Shown here: in pieces, positions 29,643 to 40,472 of the stretch
Position numbering within the stretch: the first letter of the stretch is position 1
Layout of the letters: each line of letters starts with the position of its first letter
Source of the DNA: an uncultured bacterium
GTDB taxonomy: Bacteria; Patescibacteriota; Patescibacteriia; CAIQCM01
Assembly: GCA_963708045.1 (NCBI GenBank)
Contig: OY970181.1
Span: 887,566-951,565 of the forward strand
Direction: 5' to 3'
Length of the DNA stretch: 64,000 bases
Translations under genes and position numbers: made by a program
The notes under the pieces: generated by a model
What the model saw: the letters and a program-made list of their open reading frames with translations, nothing else
Databases searched by the model: none
Told to the model about the DNA's origin: nothing

Positions 29643-30851
29643 TTACAGCTCCCCGCTAAACGCCTTTTTGAGAACCGATTTCTTTAATTCTTCCAAATCC
29701 AACAATTTTTGTTTATATAACCCCTCCAGCTTTTTCGTCTGTTCCGATAAGGCGTCAAGCTTTGCAACAATCTTTTTTTGTTGGTGGAGGGATCTTGGAA
29801 ATTGAATAAACACCTCGCGTATCTCTTCCAAGTGAAGATTAGGAACCCCTACCCCTTTTAATCTTTTGTTAAACTGTTTTTTAGCCATAGGTGAATTAAT
29901 AAAATACAACAAAAAATTTGGCAGGATCGCATCTTTAGCACGAATTAACGCCAAACTTACATATATATCAAAAACTAAGTTCCTATCCACCATTGCAGCC
30001 ACTCCAGTCGTACCATTTTTAGCCAACAGGATATCACCCAAGCGAGGCGAAACCCGTTTATGCATTTTCGAGATGTTGTTTTTGGTCAATATATTTAATC
30101 TTTTCCCAATTAATTTTTCCGCTCGTAACATTTCTGAGGATAAAAAAATTATTCCACTATCATAATATGTTGGCGTTTGGTGTGTTCCGTCCGTTATTTT
30201 TTCGGAGATATCGCCCAACCGTTTCTCCTCCCACCCCTCCCCCGGATTAGAAAAGATGCTTTGCAGATACGACTCAAAAAGCTCTTTTGCATTCTGCAAA
30301 TTTTTTTCCGTATTCTTTTTAACCTTCACAATCCCCTCAAACACCTCATCCAAAATTTTTACGATCCGTTGTTGTTCGGGGAGGGGTAAAATTGGAATTT
30401 CAAAATCCTTTAAATCAGTAAATTTTAAATTATTTATATTAGCCCCACTGGAAATTTTTTCCAAATGATCTTTATAAAACGATGAGCTTAAAATATAAAA
30501 AAAATATTTTGAATCAATGCATTCTTTGGGTGTTAATTGACCCATAAATCCACCAAAGGCATATTTGTAATCACCATCAATTAGTGCAATTTTTCCAAGA
30601 TGACTTTTACTACCATTTGCAGTGCATACAATTATCGATCCTCTTCGCACCATTTTATTATCTGGAATCATTATTGTATTGCTTATATATCTCAGGTCGC
30701 TTAAATCTAACAGGCCACTATTTAGATCAATATTATTTGAGCGTAAAACAATATTATCTGAAAAATCTACCTCGTCTTTTTTAGAATAAGTTAGCCCTCT
30801 CGAAAAATCACAAACTTCGCCGAGTTTTTTTGTTTGTAAATTTATTTCCAT
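29643..30851 (-). CDS. hsdS: Type I restriction-modification specificity subunit
   Basis: Two target-recognition domains, each followed by a conserved PLPEQQRIVKILDE / coiled-coil-like motif. 402 aa. Confidence 0.8.
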   Translation of the reverse strand: MEINLQTKKLGEVCDFSRGLTYSKKDEVDFSDNIVLRSNNIDLNSGLLDLSDLRYISNTIMIPDNKMVRRGSIIVCTANGSKSHLGKIALIDGDYKYAFGGFMGQLTPKECIDSKYFFYILSSSFYKDHLEKISSGANINNLKFTDLKDFEIPILPLPEQQRIVKILDEVFEGIVKVKKNTEKNLQNAKELFESYLQSIFSNPGEGWEEKRLGDISEKITDGTHQTPTYYDSGIIFLSSEMLRAEKLIGKRLNILTKNNISKMHKRVSPRLGDILLAKNGTTGVAAMVDRNLVFDIYVSLALIRAKDAILPNFLLYFINSPMAKKQFNKRLKGVGVPNLHLEEIREVFIQFPRSLHQQKKIVAKLDALSEQTKKLEGLYKQKLLDLEELKKSVLKKAFSGEL

Positions 30852-30854
30852 AAT

Positions 30855-31646
30855 TTATTTTAGAAAACCGACCCATTCACTATTCAGATCAAAATAATTA
30901 TATCCATTCTGTGAATCTGATTCTAAGTGGCCAATCCATTCATTATTAATATCAAAAATCATGTAGCCATTTTGTGAATGCTTAATTGCAAACTTTGTTT
31001 GTTCTGCGCTAAAGTCGAAAAACAACAACGAATTTTGTGAATTTTCAAAAATCACAAATTCGTAGGGGGTGCAGTTAAGGTCATAATTATAATAACCAAT
31101 AAAATTTGCGTTAAATCTAGGATTAATTAAATTATTAAATCTTGGATTAATAAGGTTGTTAAATCTAGGATTAATTAAATTATTAAATCTTGGATTAATA
31201 AGGTTGTTAAATCTAGGATTAATTAAATTATTAAATCTTGGATTAATAAGGTTGTTAAATCTAGGATTAATTAAATTATTAAATCTTGGATTAATAAGGT
31301 TGTTAAATCTAGGATTAATTAAATTATTAAATCTTGGATTAATAAGGTTGTTAAATCTAGGGTTTCTATTATTGCTCACTGGCGCTACATCTAAAGTTAA
31401 ATCCAGGAATACGAGAACAGGAATATTGCGACTATCGTTCGTAAAATTTATAAAAATTCTGAGTATGCCAACTTTAAAAAATTGTATTTGTCCAAATACA
31501 AAATTCAATCCTAAATAATTTGCTACACCATTAGCATCTAAAACCTTTATTTTATTAAGAACATCAACAATTATTCCTTTAGGTGTTTTATCAAGTTGAT
31601 TTAACTTATTTTCAAATTTTTCTGTTGCCAATATTTTAATATTCAT
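30855..31646 (-). CDS. repeat protein: RelE/ParE-like N-terminal fold (tentative) + ~13x NPRFNNLI octapeptide repeats + three C-terminal NGYxxFDxNxEWxG (WG-like) repeats
   Basis: Stop codon lies 3 nt from the hsdS start. N-terminal ~90 aa resemble RelE (…KFENKLNQLDKTPKGIIVDVLNKI…KVGILRIFINF…VLVFL). Encoded by perfect 48-bp DNA tandem repeats. Confidence 0.45.
   Translation of the reverse strand: MNIKILATEKFENKLNQLDKTPKGIIVDVLNKIKVLDANGVANYLGLNFVFGQIQFFKVGILRIFINFTNDSRNIPVLVFLDLTLDVAPVSNNRNPRFNNLINPRFNNLINPRFNNLINPRFNNLINPRFNNLINPRFNNLINPRFNNLINPRFNNLINPRFNNLINPRFNNLINPRFNANFIGYYNYDLNCTPYEFVIFENSQNSLLFFDFSAEQTKFAIKHSQNGYMIFDINNEWIGHLESDSQNGYNYFDLNSEWVGFLK
31110..31357. repeat. perfect tandem 48-bp (2 x 24-bp) DNA repeats, ~5 copies, in-frame within a CDS
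   Basis: GTTAAATCTAGGATTAATTAAATTATTAAATCTTGGATTAATAAGGTT repeated head-to-tail at 31110, 31158, 31206, 31254 and 31302. Confidence 0.85.
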
Positions 31647-32017
31647 AAATGTAGGTCAGACATTATGTCTCTCAATGCGTCGTTTCCTTTCCTAATTGAC
31701 TCATTTACCTTTTGAGCCAGTTCTGGAAGACATTGGCTCCTCATATACGCTGTACAATAATCATTGTCCTTAAACTTCTCAATAGATTCATCTATTTGGA
31801 TTTGAAATCTAAAGTAGAAATATATAAAAATACTGGCCAGAATAAGAAAATAAAAAGACTTGGTTTTGTAAAAAGACCCCCAATTCAAAGAATTGTTTAT
31901 GGTTATTTCTGTTACGAAAGCACCGGAAAGTATGCTGAAAATAAAAATACTAAAAATATTTATTATTGTTTTAAAAAGCGGGGATTTTTGTATCTTATCT
32001 TTTAAACAAAGGTGCAT
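31643..32017 (-). CDS. small 2-TM membrane protein, translationally coupled to hsdM
   Basis: Probable start MHLCLKDK. Its ATG lies 1 nt after the hsdM stop. Two hydrophobic helices then a soluble C-terminus. Overlaps the start of the repeat protein (ATGA-type). Confidence 0.4.
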   Translation of the reverse strand: MHLCLKDKIQKSPLFKTIINIFSIFIFSILSGAFVTEITINNSLNWGSFYKTKSFYFLILASIFIYFYFRFQIQIDESIEKFKDNDYCTAYMRSQCLPELAQKVNESIRKGNDALRDIMSDLHL

Positions 32018-32018
32018 A

Positions 32019-33473
32019 TTATAGCCTCGCCATAATACTTTCAATAATTTTTTTTGAATCAACATCTAAAATGACCATATTTTTTAAAACCTCTTTCGGA
32101 TCACGCAAAGCGGCTTCGTCAGCTTTATTCGGATTCTTCACTGATAAATCAAAAGTCGCTTGATCAATGTCCTTAACATTCACACTCCAACTATTGGCGC
32201 TATTGGCTTTGGTTTTTTGTTGGGTGATGAAGTCGGCGAGGTCGGGTTCGTTTAGGGGGTTTCCTTTGCCGAGGTTGCGGTTTAGGTTCAATTGGTAGAA
32301 CCAAACTTTTTTAGTTGGGGCGCCTTTTTCAAAGAAAAGAATTACGGTTTTAACGCCGGCGCCCTGAAAGGTGCCACCGGGGAGGTCTAAAACAGTGTGG
32401 AGGTTGCAGGATTCTAAAAGTAATTTACGCAGGCTGACCGAGGCGTTGTCGATGTTGGAGAGAAAGGTGTTTTTTATGACGATACCGGCGCGGCCGCCGG
32501 CTTTTAACATTTTTATAAAGTGTTGGAGAAATAAAAAAGCGGTTTCGCCGGTTTTAATGGGAAAGTTTTGCTGAAGCTCGGGGCGTTCCTTGCCGCCAAA
32601 GGGCGGGTTAGCTAAAACAATATTGTAGCGATCCTTTTCCATTATATCGGCAAGATTTTCGTTAAGCGTGTTTGTTTTTCTAATATTTGGCGCTTCCACG
32701 CCGTGCAAGATCATATTCATAATGCCAATAATGTATGGCAATGAGATTTTTTCCTTTCCGTATAAAGTTTTCTTTTGAATCGTCGCCCAGTCTTTGGTAG
32801 AAATTTTTTCTCTGTTTTGCGTTAGGTATTGAAACGCTTCAACCAAAAATCCGGCACTGCCGCAGGCGCCGTCGTAAATCGTTTCGCCGACCTTTGGATC
32901 AACAACCTTAACAATCGTTTTAATAAGCGGGCGCGGGGTGTAGTACTGGCCGCCATCTTGGCCGGCGTTGCCCATCCCTTTTATTTTGCTTTCGTATAGG
33001 TGCGACCACTCGTGCTTTTCGGCTTCGGTTTTAAAATGCAAACCATCAATAATGTCCAAAATATTTCGTAGCGCGTAGCCGCTTTGGATTTTATTTTTTA
33101 GTTCGCTAAAAATTTCGCCAATTTTATATTCAACCGTGTCCGAGCTTTCGGAAGCGGCTTTAAACTTTTTTAAGTACGGAAAAAGTTTGTCATTTACAAA
33201 ATCGCGCAAATCATCGCCGGTAAGCGTTTTGTTGTGATCCAATTTTCCGCCAACGGCCTTGGGGCACGCCCAAGCGCTCCAACGGTATTGCGGTTCAAGA
33301 ATGTAATTAAACTTTTTACCCGCCAGTGCCGCTTCGGTCTTTTTTGTTTCCTCCAAGTCATCAAGATACTTTAAAAACAAAATCCAAGAAGTTTGCTCAA
33401 TATAATCAAGCGCTCCGCCAGCATTGTCCGCGCGCAAGATATTATCAATATTTTTTAACGCTTGTTCAAACAT
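32019..33473 (-). CDS. hsdM: Type I restriction-modification DNA methyltransferase subunit (N6-adenine)
   Basis: HsdM N-terminal domain. VLANPPFGG (motif IV NPPF). AdoMet motif DGACGSAGFL. Confidence 0.85.
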   Translation of the reverse strand: MFEQALKNIDNILRADNAGGALDYIEQTSWILFLKYLDDLEETKKTEAALAGKKFNYILEPQYRWSAWACPKAVGGKLDHNKTLTGDDLRDFVNDKLFPYLKKFKAASESSDTVEYKIGEIFSELKNKIQSGYALRNILDIIDGLHFKTEAEKHEWSHLYESKIKGMGNAGQDGGQYYTPRPLIKTIVKVVDPKVGETIYDGACGSAGFLVEAFQYLTQNREKISTKDWATIQKKTLYGKEKISLPYIIGIMNMILHGVEAPNIRKTNTLNENLADIMEKDRYNIVLANPPFGGKERPELQQNFPIKTGETAFLFLQHFIKMLKAGGRAGIVIKNTFLSNIDNASVSLRKLLLESCNLHTVLDLPGGTFQGAGVKTVILFFEKGAPTKKVWFYQLNLNRNLGKGNPLNEPDLADFITQQKTKANSANSWSVNVKDIDQATFDLSVKNPNKADEAALRDPKEVLKNMVILDVDSKKIIESIMARL

Positions 33474-33579
33474 ATTTTTACGCCAAAATCATCTAATTAA
33501 TTATAAAAATATACCGTTTTTTGGCGGAAAAAGCAAGTAAGGAACACAACGCCAAAAACCCTCTCCCGGCCTTCGGCCA

Positions 33580-33603
33580 CCCTCCCCCATTTTTGGGGGA
33601 GGG
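33580..33603. other. GC-rich hairpin CCCTCCCCC-N6-GGGGGAGGG next to a GGCC-ttc-GGCC hairpin in the divergent intergenic region
   Basis: Perfect 9-bp stem. Similar CCCTC...GAGGG hairpins at 35538-35561 and inside the CDS at 23341-23363. Confidence 0.4.
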
Positions 33604-33671
33604 AAAATACCGCGCCCCGAGCTTGCAAAAGTAATTAAAAAATGAGAGAACTTAAACTAGGAGGGACACCA

Positions 33672-34118
33672 ATGGAAACAAGTTCTTTTGAACACGAAAT
33701 ACTGTTGCAATATCTACCCAAACCGATCAGAACCACGATCCTTTTTATCACCCATGACAACACCGACGCCACTCTGGACAAAGAGGCAGAAGCGGCGATC
33801 ACGAACAGTGTATCCATGAGTCACGTTGTCCGTTTGCCCCTAGCAGAAGTTCTTAGGTACATAAGCATGGGAATCTACGACGTCGTCGTCCTTTGGACTG
33901 ATCAGGAAAGTGACGATGAAATTTCGGCGCTTGCGAACAGGCTGAAAAAAGCCAGCCACCCCGAGAACGACGATAGTGAACACTACAAAGTAAAGATCGT
34001 CGTTTTCTCCGCGCGGCAAAACTCTGGTTCTCTGCCTTGCGTCAACGCAAGGGTTGAGCAGCCCAACGTGAACGACCTCGCCATGATTGTCAGTTTGGTC
34101 AACTTACGACACGACTAA
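33672..34118 (+). CDS. hypothetical protein, possibly degenerate CheY-like receiver (REC) fold; GC-rich orphan
   Basis: Start METSSFE preceded by AGGAGGG RBS. Alternating beta/alpha pattern: TILFITHDNTD ... YDVVVLWTDQ ... KIVVFSA. Codon usage differs from neighbours. Confidence 0.3.
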   Translation: METSSFEHEILLQYLPKPIRTTILFITHDNTDATLDKEAEAAITNSVSMSHVVRLPLAEVLRYISMGIYDVVVLWTDQESDDEISALANRLKKASHPENDDSEHYKVKIVVFSARQNSGSLPCVNARVEQPNVNDLAMIVSLVNLRHD

Positions 34119-34190
34119 CTGTCACACATTCAACCTCTAACCCAACTCCACACCACCTCGCTCGCCCAAAAAGCCTGCGAGGTGATTTAT

Positions 34191-35501
34191 TTAAACCAAT
34201 CCTCGTTTTTCGGTGAGCATTTTGGAAAAACCTAGAACACGAGGATCCATAATTAAATCCGAGCGGCGGACGGGACGTTTAAGCGTAATACCATCAAGCG
34301 TTCGGCAGCGCGACAAAGCGACGTAGGATTGGCCGGCGGCAAAAGCGCCGCGACCAAGGTCAATTACAACCTTGTCAAAAGTTTTACCTTGGCTTTTGTG
34401 AATCGTTGTTGCCCAAGCCAAGCGTAAAGGAAACTGCGTAAAACTTCCGAGCGTTTCTCTTGTAATTTCGCCAGACTCGCGATCAAATTTTGTCTTTGCC
34501 TTATTCCACGTGTACGGCAAAATTTCAAAGGTTCGGCCGGTATCCAAAGTTACGTCAATGGACTCGTCTCGCACTTCTCTTACCGTCCCGAGCGTGCCGT
34601 TTACCCAACGGCCTTGATTGTCGTTATTCATTAGCATTACCCGCGCCCCGTTCTTTAGTCGTAGTTCCATTTCGGTCGGCAAATCGCGTTCTTTAAATTC
34701 GCCAACCAGCTTACCTTTGGCAACAGCGACCTTACCACTAAGACGCGCTAGATTATTTTCGTTGTGCGTATCGGCCTGAGTATTAATCGTCATTAAGTGC
34801 ATATGCTCGCCCTTGGGGTCGGAAAAATCTGGATCAAAACGCAAATTTAATTCCGCGAGTTCGGCTTCGGATATTTTCCCATCGCGAACCGCGTTTAAAA
34901 TTTTAATAAAACCTTCGTCGGTCTGCCGATATATTTTATTTAATTCAATATATTCCAAAGCGCCAAATTGCATACATTCACGAATCGCGCCCGAAGAGAA
35001 AAAGAACGGCGTGGCATACATTTTTTCCAATTCTTCAGTTTCCTCGCCGCGCACGATCGGCGGGAGCTGATGCAAGTCGCCAATCATAATAAGTTTTTTG
35101 CCGCCAAACGGCGTTTTATTTTTAAGCGCCGCGCGCAAAAATGTATCAATACAATCCATAAGGTCGGCGCGAACCATAGAAACCTCGTCAATGATTATCG
35201 TTTGCAATTTTTGAAACAGTTTATCTTTGCGCGACAAAGTACCGTCATGCTTGGCTTCTTCAAGCGAGGCGCCGGGGCGCAATTTAAAAAATGAATGAAT
35301 CGTTTGTCCATCAATGTTTACGGCGGCGACCCCGGTTGGTGCAACCACTGCCACCGCCCGTCGTGTCCGCTCCCTAAAGTAACGCAAAAGCGTGGACTTG
35401 CCCGTCCCCGCTTTTCCGGTAATAAACACGTTCTTTTCACCCTTTTCCATCACCTCGTACGCATTTCTAAATTGTTCGTTAAAATCTATCTTGTCCAGCA
35501 T
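34191..35501 (-). CDS. Pif1/RecD-like SF1B helicase
   Basis: GKAGTGKST Walker A, VVAPTGVAAVNIDGQTIHS, IIIDEVSMV, GDLHQLPPIV. These are classic Pif1 family motifs. Confidence 0.7.
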   Translation of the reverse strand: MLDKIDFNEQFRNAYEVMEKGEKNVFITGKAGTGKSTLLRYFRERTRRAVAVVAPTGVAAVNIDGQTIHSFFKLRPGASLEEAKHDGTLSRKDKLFQKLQTIIIDEVSMVRADLMDCIDTFLRAALKNKTPFGGKKLIMIGDLHQLPPIVRGEETEELEKMYATPFFFSSGAIRECMQFGALEYIELNKIYRQTDEGFIKILNAVRDGKISEAELAELNLRFDPDFSDPKGEHMHLMTINTQADTHNENNLARLSGKVAVAKGKLVGEFKERDLPTEMELRLKNGARVMLMNNDNQGRWVNGTLGTVREVRDESIDVTLDTGRTFEILPYTWNKAKTKFDRESGEITRETLGSFTQFPLRLAWATTIHKSQGKTFDKVVIDLGRGAFAAGQSYVALSRCRTLDGITLKRPVRRSDLIMDPRVLGFSKMLTEKRGLV

Positions 35502-35527
35502 AAGTTAATTAAAGCACACAAACACCC

Positions 35528-35570
35528 CTCACCCCAACCCCTCTCCCATTCTTGGGCGAGGGTGATAAAA
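35528..35570 (-). terminator. putative intrinsic terminator after ygjP-like gene (GC hairpin + U-rich tract on minus strand)
   Basis: Minus-sense CACCCTCGCCC-aagaat-GGGAGAGGG followed by GTGTTTGTGTGCTTT. Confidence 0.3.
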
Positions 35571-35573
35571 AAG

Positions 35574-36137
35574 TTAAAAGTTAAAAGTTAAAAGCTCTTT
35601 CCTAAGTTTTTTATGCTCCGGAATCGTCTTCGCGACCAAATCCCAAAATCTTTTTGAGTGATTAAATTCTGCCAAATGACAAAGCTCGTGAACAATAATA
35701 TAATCGGCAAGGTGCGGCGCGAGAAGTGACAGCTTATAATTAAAATTTAGATTCCCCTTTTTTGAACAACTTCCCCAACGCGTTTTTTGATTTTTAATAT
35801 TCACCGCTTTAAAACGAAAACCATAAAATAAATTAAAATGCCTAATCCGATCATTAACAAGGGCGCGTGTGATTTCTTTATATTTTAAATATTCGCTCCG
35901 CGTTCCCTTTTTTACAATTTGTATTTTATGCTCTTTAAAAAAGGCAATTTTGCGGGTGAGCCATACAGCTTTTTCGCGGATAAATTTTTCGGCCAGTGTT
36001 TCATTAGCCCACCACGGCGTTGTCACAACAATTCTACCATCGCAATATACCGCAAGCCGCATCCGCTTGGCTCGTCGGCTTTTCTTTATGGTATAAGGAA
36101 GCGTCGTAGATTTATTTTTTAACGTAAAAAAATTAAT
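35574..36137 (-). CDS. YgjP/DUF45-family metal-dependent hydrolase (M48/WLM-like, HExxH)
   Basis: ...LPYTIKKSRRAKRMRLAVYCDGRIVVTTP...WGSCS...YIIVHELCHLAEFNHSKRFW. Start uncertain: the family-conserved N-terminus overlaps the atpC stop. The only in-frame candidate is ATT at 36135-36137. Confidence 0.55.
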   Translation of the reverse strand: MNFFTLKNKSTTLPYTIKKSRRAKRMRLAVYCDGRIVVTTPWWANETLAEKFIREKAVWLTRKIAFFKEHKIQIVKKGTRSEYLKYKEITRALVNDRIRHFNLFYGFRFKAVNIKNQKTRWGSCSKKGNLNFNYKLSLLAPHLADYIIVHELCHLAEFNHSKRFWDLVAKTIPEHKKLRKELLTFNF

Positions 36138-36576
36138 TTGATTCCGGCGTACCGCTACGCGCGCGATGATGACGATGAGCAACTTTAAGTCGCGCCATTT
36201 CCCGTTCCAAGGCGATAGCAGCATCGGCATAAGCAACAGCATCGTGATCTTTTGCCGCTTCGGCCGTGGCCTCGGCCCGCGCTTTGGCATTTTCAATTTC
36301 CGAAATAACTAAATCCTCGGCGCGGTCGGCCGAGTCGGCTAAAATAATCGCGCGGCTGCCTGGCAAAATTTGTACCGCGCCGCCGGAAACGGCAAAATAT
36401 TTTGTCGCGCCGTTTGCACGGACAACAAGCGCACCCGAAGATACTAAACCAACCAAACCAATATGGTTTGGTAAAACGGTTATTTCACCATCAAACGTCG
36501 GCACGGTTACGCTATCCACTTCTTCCTTAAGTACCGTCTTTTCAGGAGTTGTTATTTCTAAATTCAACTTTGCCAT
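36133..36576 (-). CDS. atpC: ATP synthase F1 epsilon subunit
   Basis: MAKLNLEITTPEKTV... beta-sandwich N-domain plus helical C-domain. Last gene of the atp operon. Confidence 0.8.
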   Translation of the reverse strand: MAKLNLEITTPEKTVLKEEVDSVTVPTFDGEITVLPNHIGLVGLVSSGALVVRANGATKYFAVSGGAVQILPGSRAIILADSADRAEDLVISEIENAKARAEATAEAAKDHDAVAYADAAIALEREMARLKVAHRHHRARSGTPESN

Positions 36577-36653
36577 TTGTAGGGTTTAGGGGTTAGGGGT
36601 TAGCGTTGAGTGTTTTACTAAACGCTATACGCTTGACCCTAAACGCTTTAATA

Positions 36654-38057
<1,404 letters not shown>

Positions 38058-38093
38058 TTATTATATTTACAATTTGCAATTTACTATTTGCCA

Positions 38094-38951
38094 CTAACCC
38101 TCAAGTGCGGCGCGGCCGGCGGAAATTTCCGCGATCTCGGCCGTAATCGCCGACTGACGCGCTTGGTTAAGAGTAAAAGTTAGATCGTCAACCATTTCCG
38201 CGGCGGCATCGGTCGCGCTGCGCATACTCATCATCCGCGCGGAGTGTTCCGAAGCAGCAGCTTCAAGAATTGCCTGGTACAGACGAGCTTCCAAAAAACG
38301 CGGTAAAAGTTCGTTAAGAATTATGCTCGGATCAGGTTCAAAGGCCGCATTCGCCACGTCTTTTTCAATCTGCTCCCCGAGCGCAATTGGCAAAAAACGA
38401 GTAACGCCCGCTGTCTGTTTTAAGGCCGAAATAAAACGCGTTCCCGCAACCCAGACACTACCATAGACCCCAGAAATAAATTCGCTTTGCGAAAGCGACG
38501 CGATCGGACGAATTGACTTAGCACGCGGCGCGTTCGTGAGTCCAGGAAAACTGGCAATAATATTTTTTCCAGCGCGACGCAAAGCCATTTCGGCGTGCCG
38601 GCCGCAAACAATGTAATCAACGTCGGCGTAGGCAGCCATATCCACGAGCACCGACCTAAGAAGTGAAACATTGTACGCACCGCAAAGCCCGCGGTCAGAA
38701 CCAATGACAATGCAAAGCGCTTTCTTTCCCTTAACCTCGGGCACGCAGAGCGTATTTTGGTGCGATGCCCCAAGGTACGACAAATGGCCGAGTAAGCCGT
38801 TCCCAAGCTCTTCGTACCGGCGCGCGGCGGTCGCAAGCATTACCGCACGACGCATTTTGGCTGCGGAGACAAGCTCCATAGCCTTAGTAATTTTTTTGGT
38901 ATTGCCAACCGACTTAATGCGGCTGCGAATTAATCGCGCGGGGACGGCCAT
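38094..38951 (-). CDS. atpG: ATP synthase F1 gamma subunit
   Basis: 285 aa. N- and C-terminal coiled-coil helices. ...ITAEIAEI C-terminus. Confidence 0.85.
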   Translation of the reverse strand: MAVPARLIRSRIKSVGNTKKITKAMELVSAAKMRRAVMLATAARRYEELGNGLLGHLSYLGASHQNTLCVPEVKGKKALCIVIGSDRGLCGAYNVSLLRSVLVDMAAYADVDYIVCGRHAEMALRRAGKNIIASFPGLTNAPRAKSIRPIASLSQSEFISGVYGSVWVAGTRFISALKQTAGVTRFLPIALGEQIEKDVANAAFEPDPSIILNELLPRFLEARLYQAILEAAASEHSARMMSMRSATDAAAEMVDDLTFTLNQARQSAITAEIAEISAGRAALEG

Positions 38952-38968
38952 TGTTTAGGGTTTAGGAC

Positions 38969-40468
38969 TTAATTTGAAAAGGGAAATTCCTTTATCGCTT
39001 TCTTAATCGCTTCTTCTATGTCGGGCGATAGTTCTTTCTTTTCATTTAGAGCTGTAACAACCTCGGTCGCGGAGGTTTCCAAATATTCAAGAAAACTTTT
39101 TTCCCACGCTGTAATCTTTTCCGCCGGAATGGCGTCAAGATAACCATTTACCGCGGCATAAAGAATAATTACTTGTTCCGATACCGCGAGCGGACGATAT
39201 TGACCCTGCTTTAAAATTTCCACAATGCGGCGTCCGCGTTCAATTTGTTTGCGCGTCCCCTCTTCAAGATCAGTCGCAAATTGCGCAAAAGCTTCAAGCT
39301 CGCGGAATTGGGCGAGATCAAGACGCAAACGTCCCGCGACTTTTTTCATCGCTTTAATCTGCGCCGCGCCGCCGACGCGAGAAACCGAAAGTCCGACGTT
39401 AAGTGCTGGCCGAATACCGCGGTAAAACAAATCCGACTCTAAGAAAATTTGACCGTCGGTAATGGAGATAACGTTAGTCGGAATGTACGCGGAAATATCG
39501 CCGGCCTGCGTTTCAATAATTGGAAGCGCCGTAAGTGAGCCGCCGCCTTCTTTTTTGCTCATCCGCGCCGCGCGTTCCAAAAGACGGGAGTGCAAATAGA
39601 AAACGTCGCCCGGGTAGGCTTCGCGTCCCGGTGGACGACGAAGAATGAGGGAAATTTGCCGATACGCCCAAGCGTGTTTGGAAAGATCATCGTAAACCGC
39701 GAGCGCGTCGCGCCCCTTGTCCATAAAATATTCGCCCATCGCCGCGCCAGCGTAAGGCGCAATAAACTGAAGCGCCGCCGCCGAACTGGCCGGAGCAGAA
39801 ACAATGATCGTGTGTTCCATTGCGCCAACTTCGGTGAGTTTGGCAACGATGCGTGCGACTTTGGATTCCTTTTGTCCGATCGCGACGTAAACGCAAATTA
39901 CGTTTTTTCCTTTTTGGTTGATAATCGTGTCCACGGCAACAGCGGTTTTTCCCGTTTGCCGATCGCCAATGATAAGTTCGCGCTGACCGCGGCCGATCGG
40001 AATCATCGCGTCCACGGCTTTAATGCCGGTTTGGAGCGGCGTATTTACCATTTCGCGCGCGAGCACGCCCGGCGCGATTTTTTCTACTGGATATTGCGCC
40101 GACGCTTTTATTTCACCCTTGCCGTCAAGCGGTCGGCCAAGCGGGTCAACGACGCGGCCAATGAGTGCCTCGCCAACGGGAACGGAAAGAATTTTTCCAG
40201 TGCGCTTAACAATATCGCCTTCTTTAATTCCCATCGCATCGCCCAAAATCATCGCGCCGACAGTTTCTTCTTCAAGGTTTAACGCGACGCCAAAAACATT
40301 GCCCGGAAACTCAAGCATTTCCGAAGCCAAGCAATCGGCAAGTCCGGTCATTCGGGCAACGCCGTCGCCGACCTCAATAACCTTGCCAACTTTTTCGGCA
40401 CGGGCATCGGCGGAAAACGAAGCAATTCCCTCTTTCAATTCTTTGATCAATGATTTTGCGTCGGGCAT
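38969..40468 (-). CDS. atpA: ATP synthase F1 alpha subunit
   Basis: GDRQTGKT P-loop. 499 aa. Confidence 0.9.
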   Translation of the reverse strand: MPDAKSLIKELKEGIASFSADARAEKVGKVIEVGDGVARMTGLADCLASEMLEFPGNVFGVALNLEEETVGAMILGDAMGIKEGDIVKRTGKILSVPVGEALIGRVVDPLGRPLDGKGEIKASAQYPVEKIAPGVLAREMVNTPLQTGIKAVDAMIPIGRGQRELIIGDRQTGKTAVAVDTIINQKGKNVICVYVAIGQKESKVARIVAKLTEVGAMEHTIIVSAPASSAAALQFIAPYAGAAMGEYFMDKGRDALAVYDDLSKHAWAYRQISLILRRPPGREAYPGDVFYLHSRLLERAARMSKKEGGGSLTALPIIETQAGDISAYIPTNVISITDGQIFLESDLFYRGIRPALNVGLSVSRVGGAAQIKAMKKVAGRLRLDLAQFRELEAFAQFATDLEEGTRKQIERGRRIVEILKQGQYRPLAVSEQVIILYAAVNGYLDAIPAEKITAWEKSFLEYLETSATEVVTALNEKKELSPDIEEAIKKAIKEFPFSN

Positions 40469-40472
40469 AAAT

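Noticed and set aside
31110-31357. Regular tandem repeats that at first glance resemble a CRISPR array
   Set aside because: Units abut directly with no spacers. They are in-frame inside a long ORF and encode a repeated octapeptide. No cas genes nearby.
36585-36650. TTAGGG-like (GGGTTTAGGGGTTAGGGG) telomere-type repeats
   Set aside because: They are short, occur at several internal intergenic sites directly upstream of start codons, and are part of the heptamer-palindrome spacer family. They are not chromosome ends.
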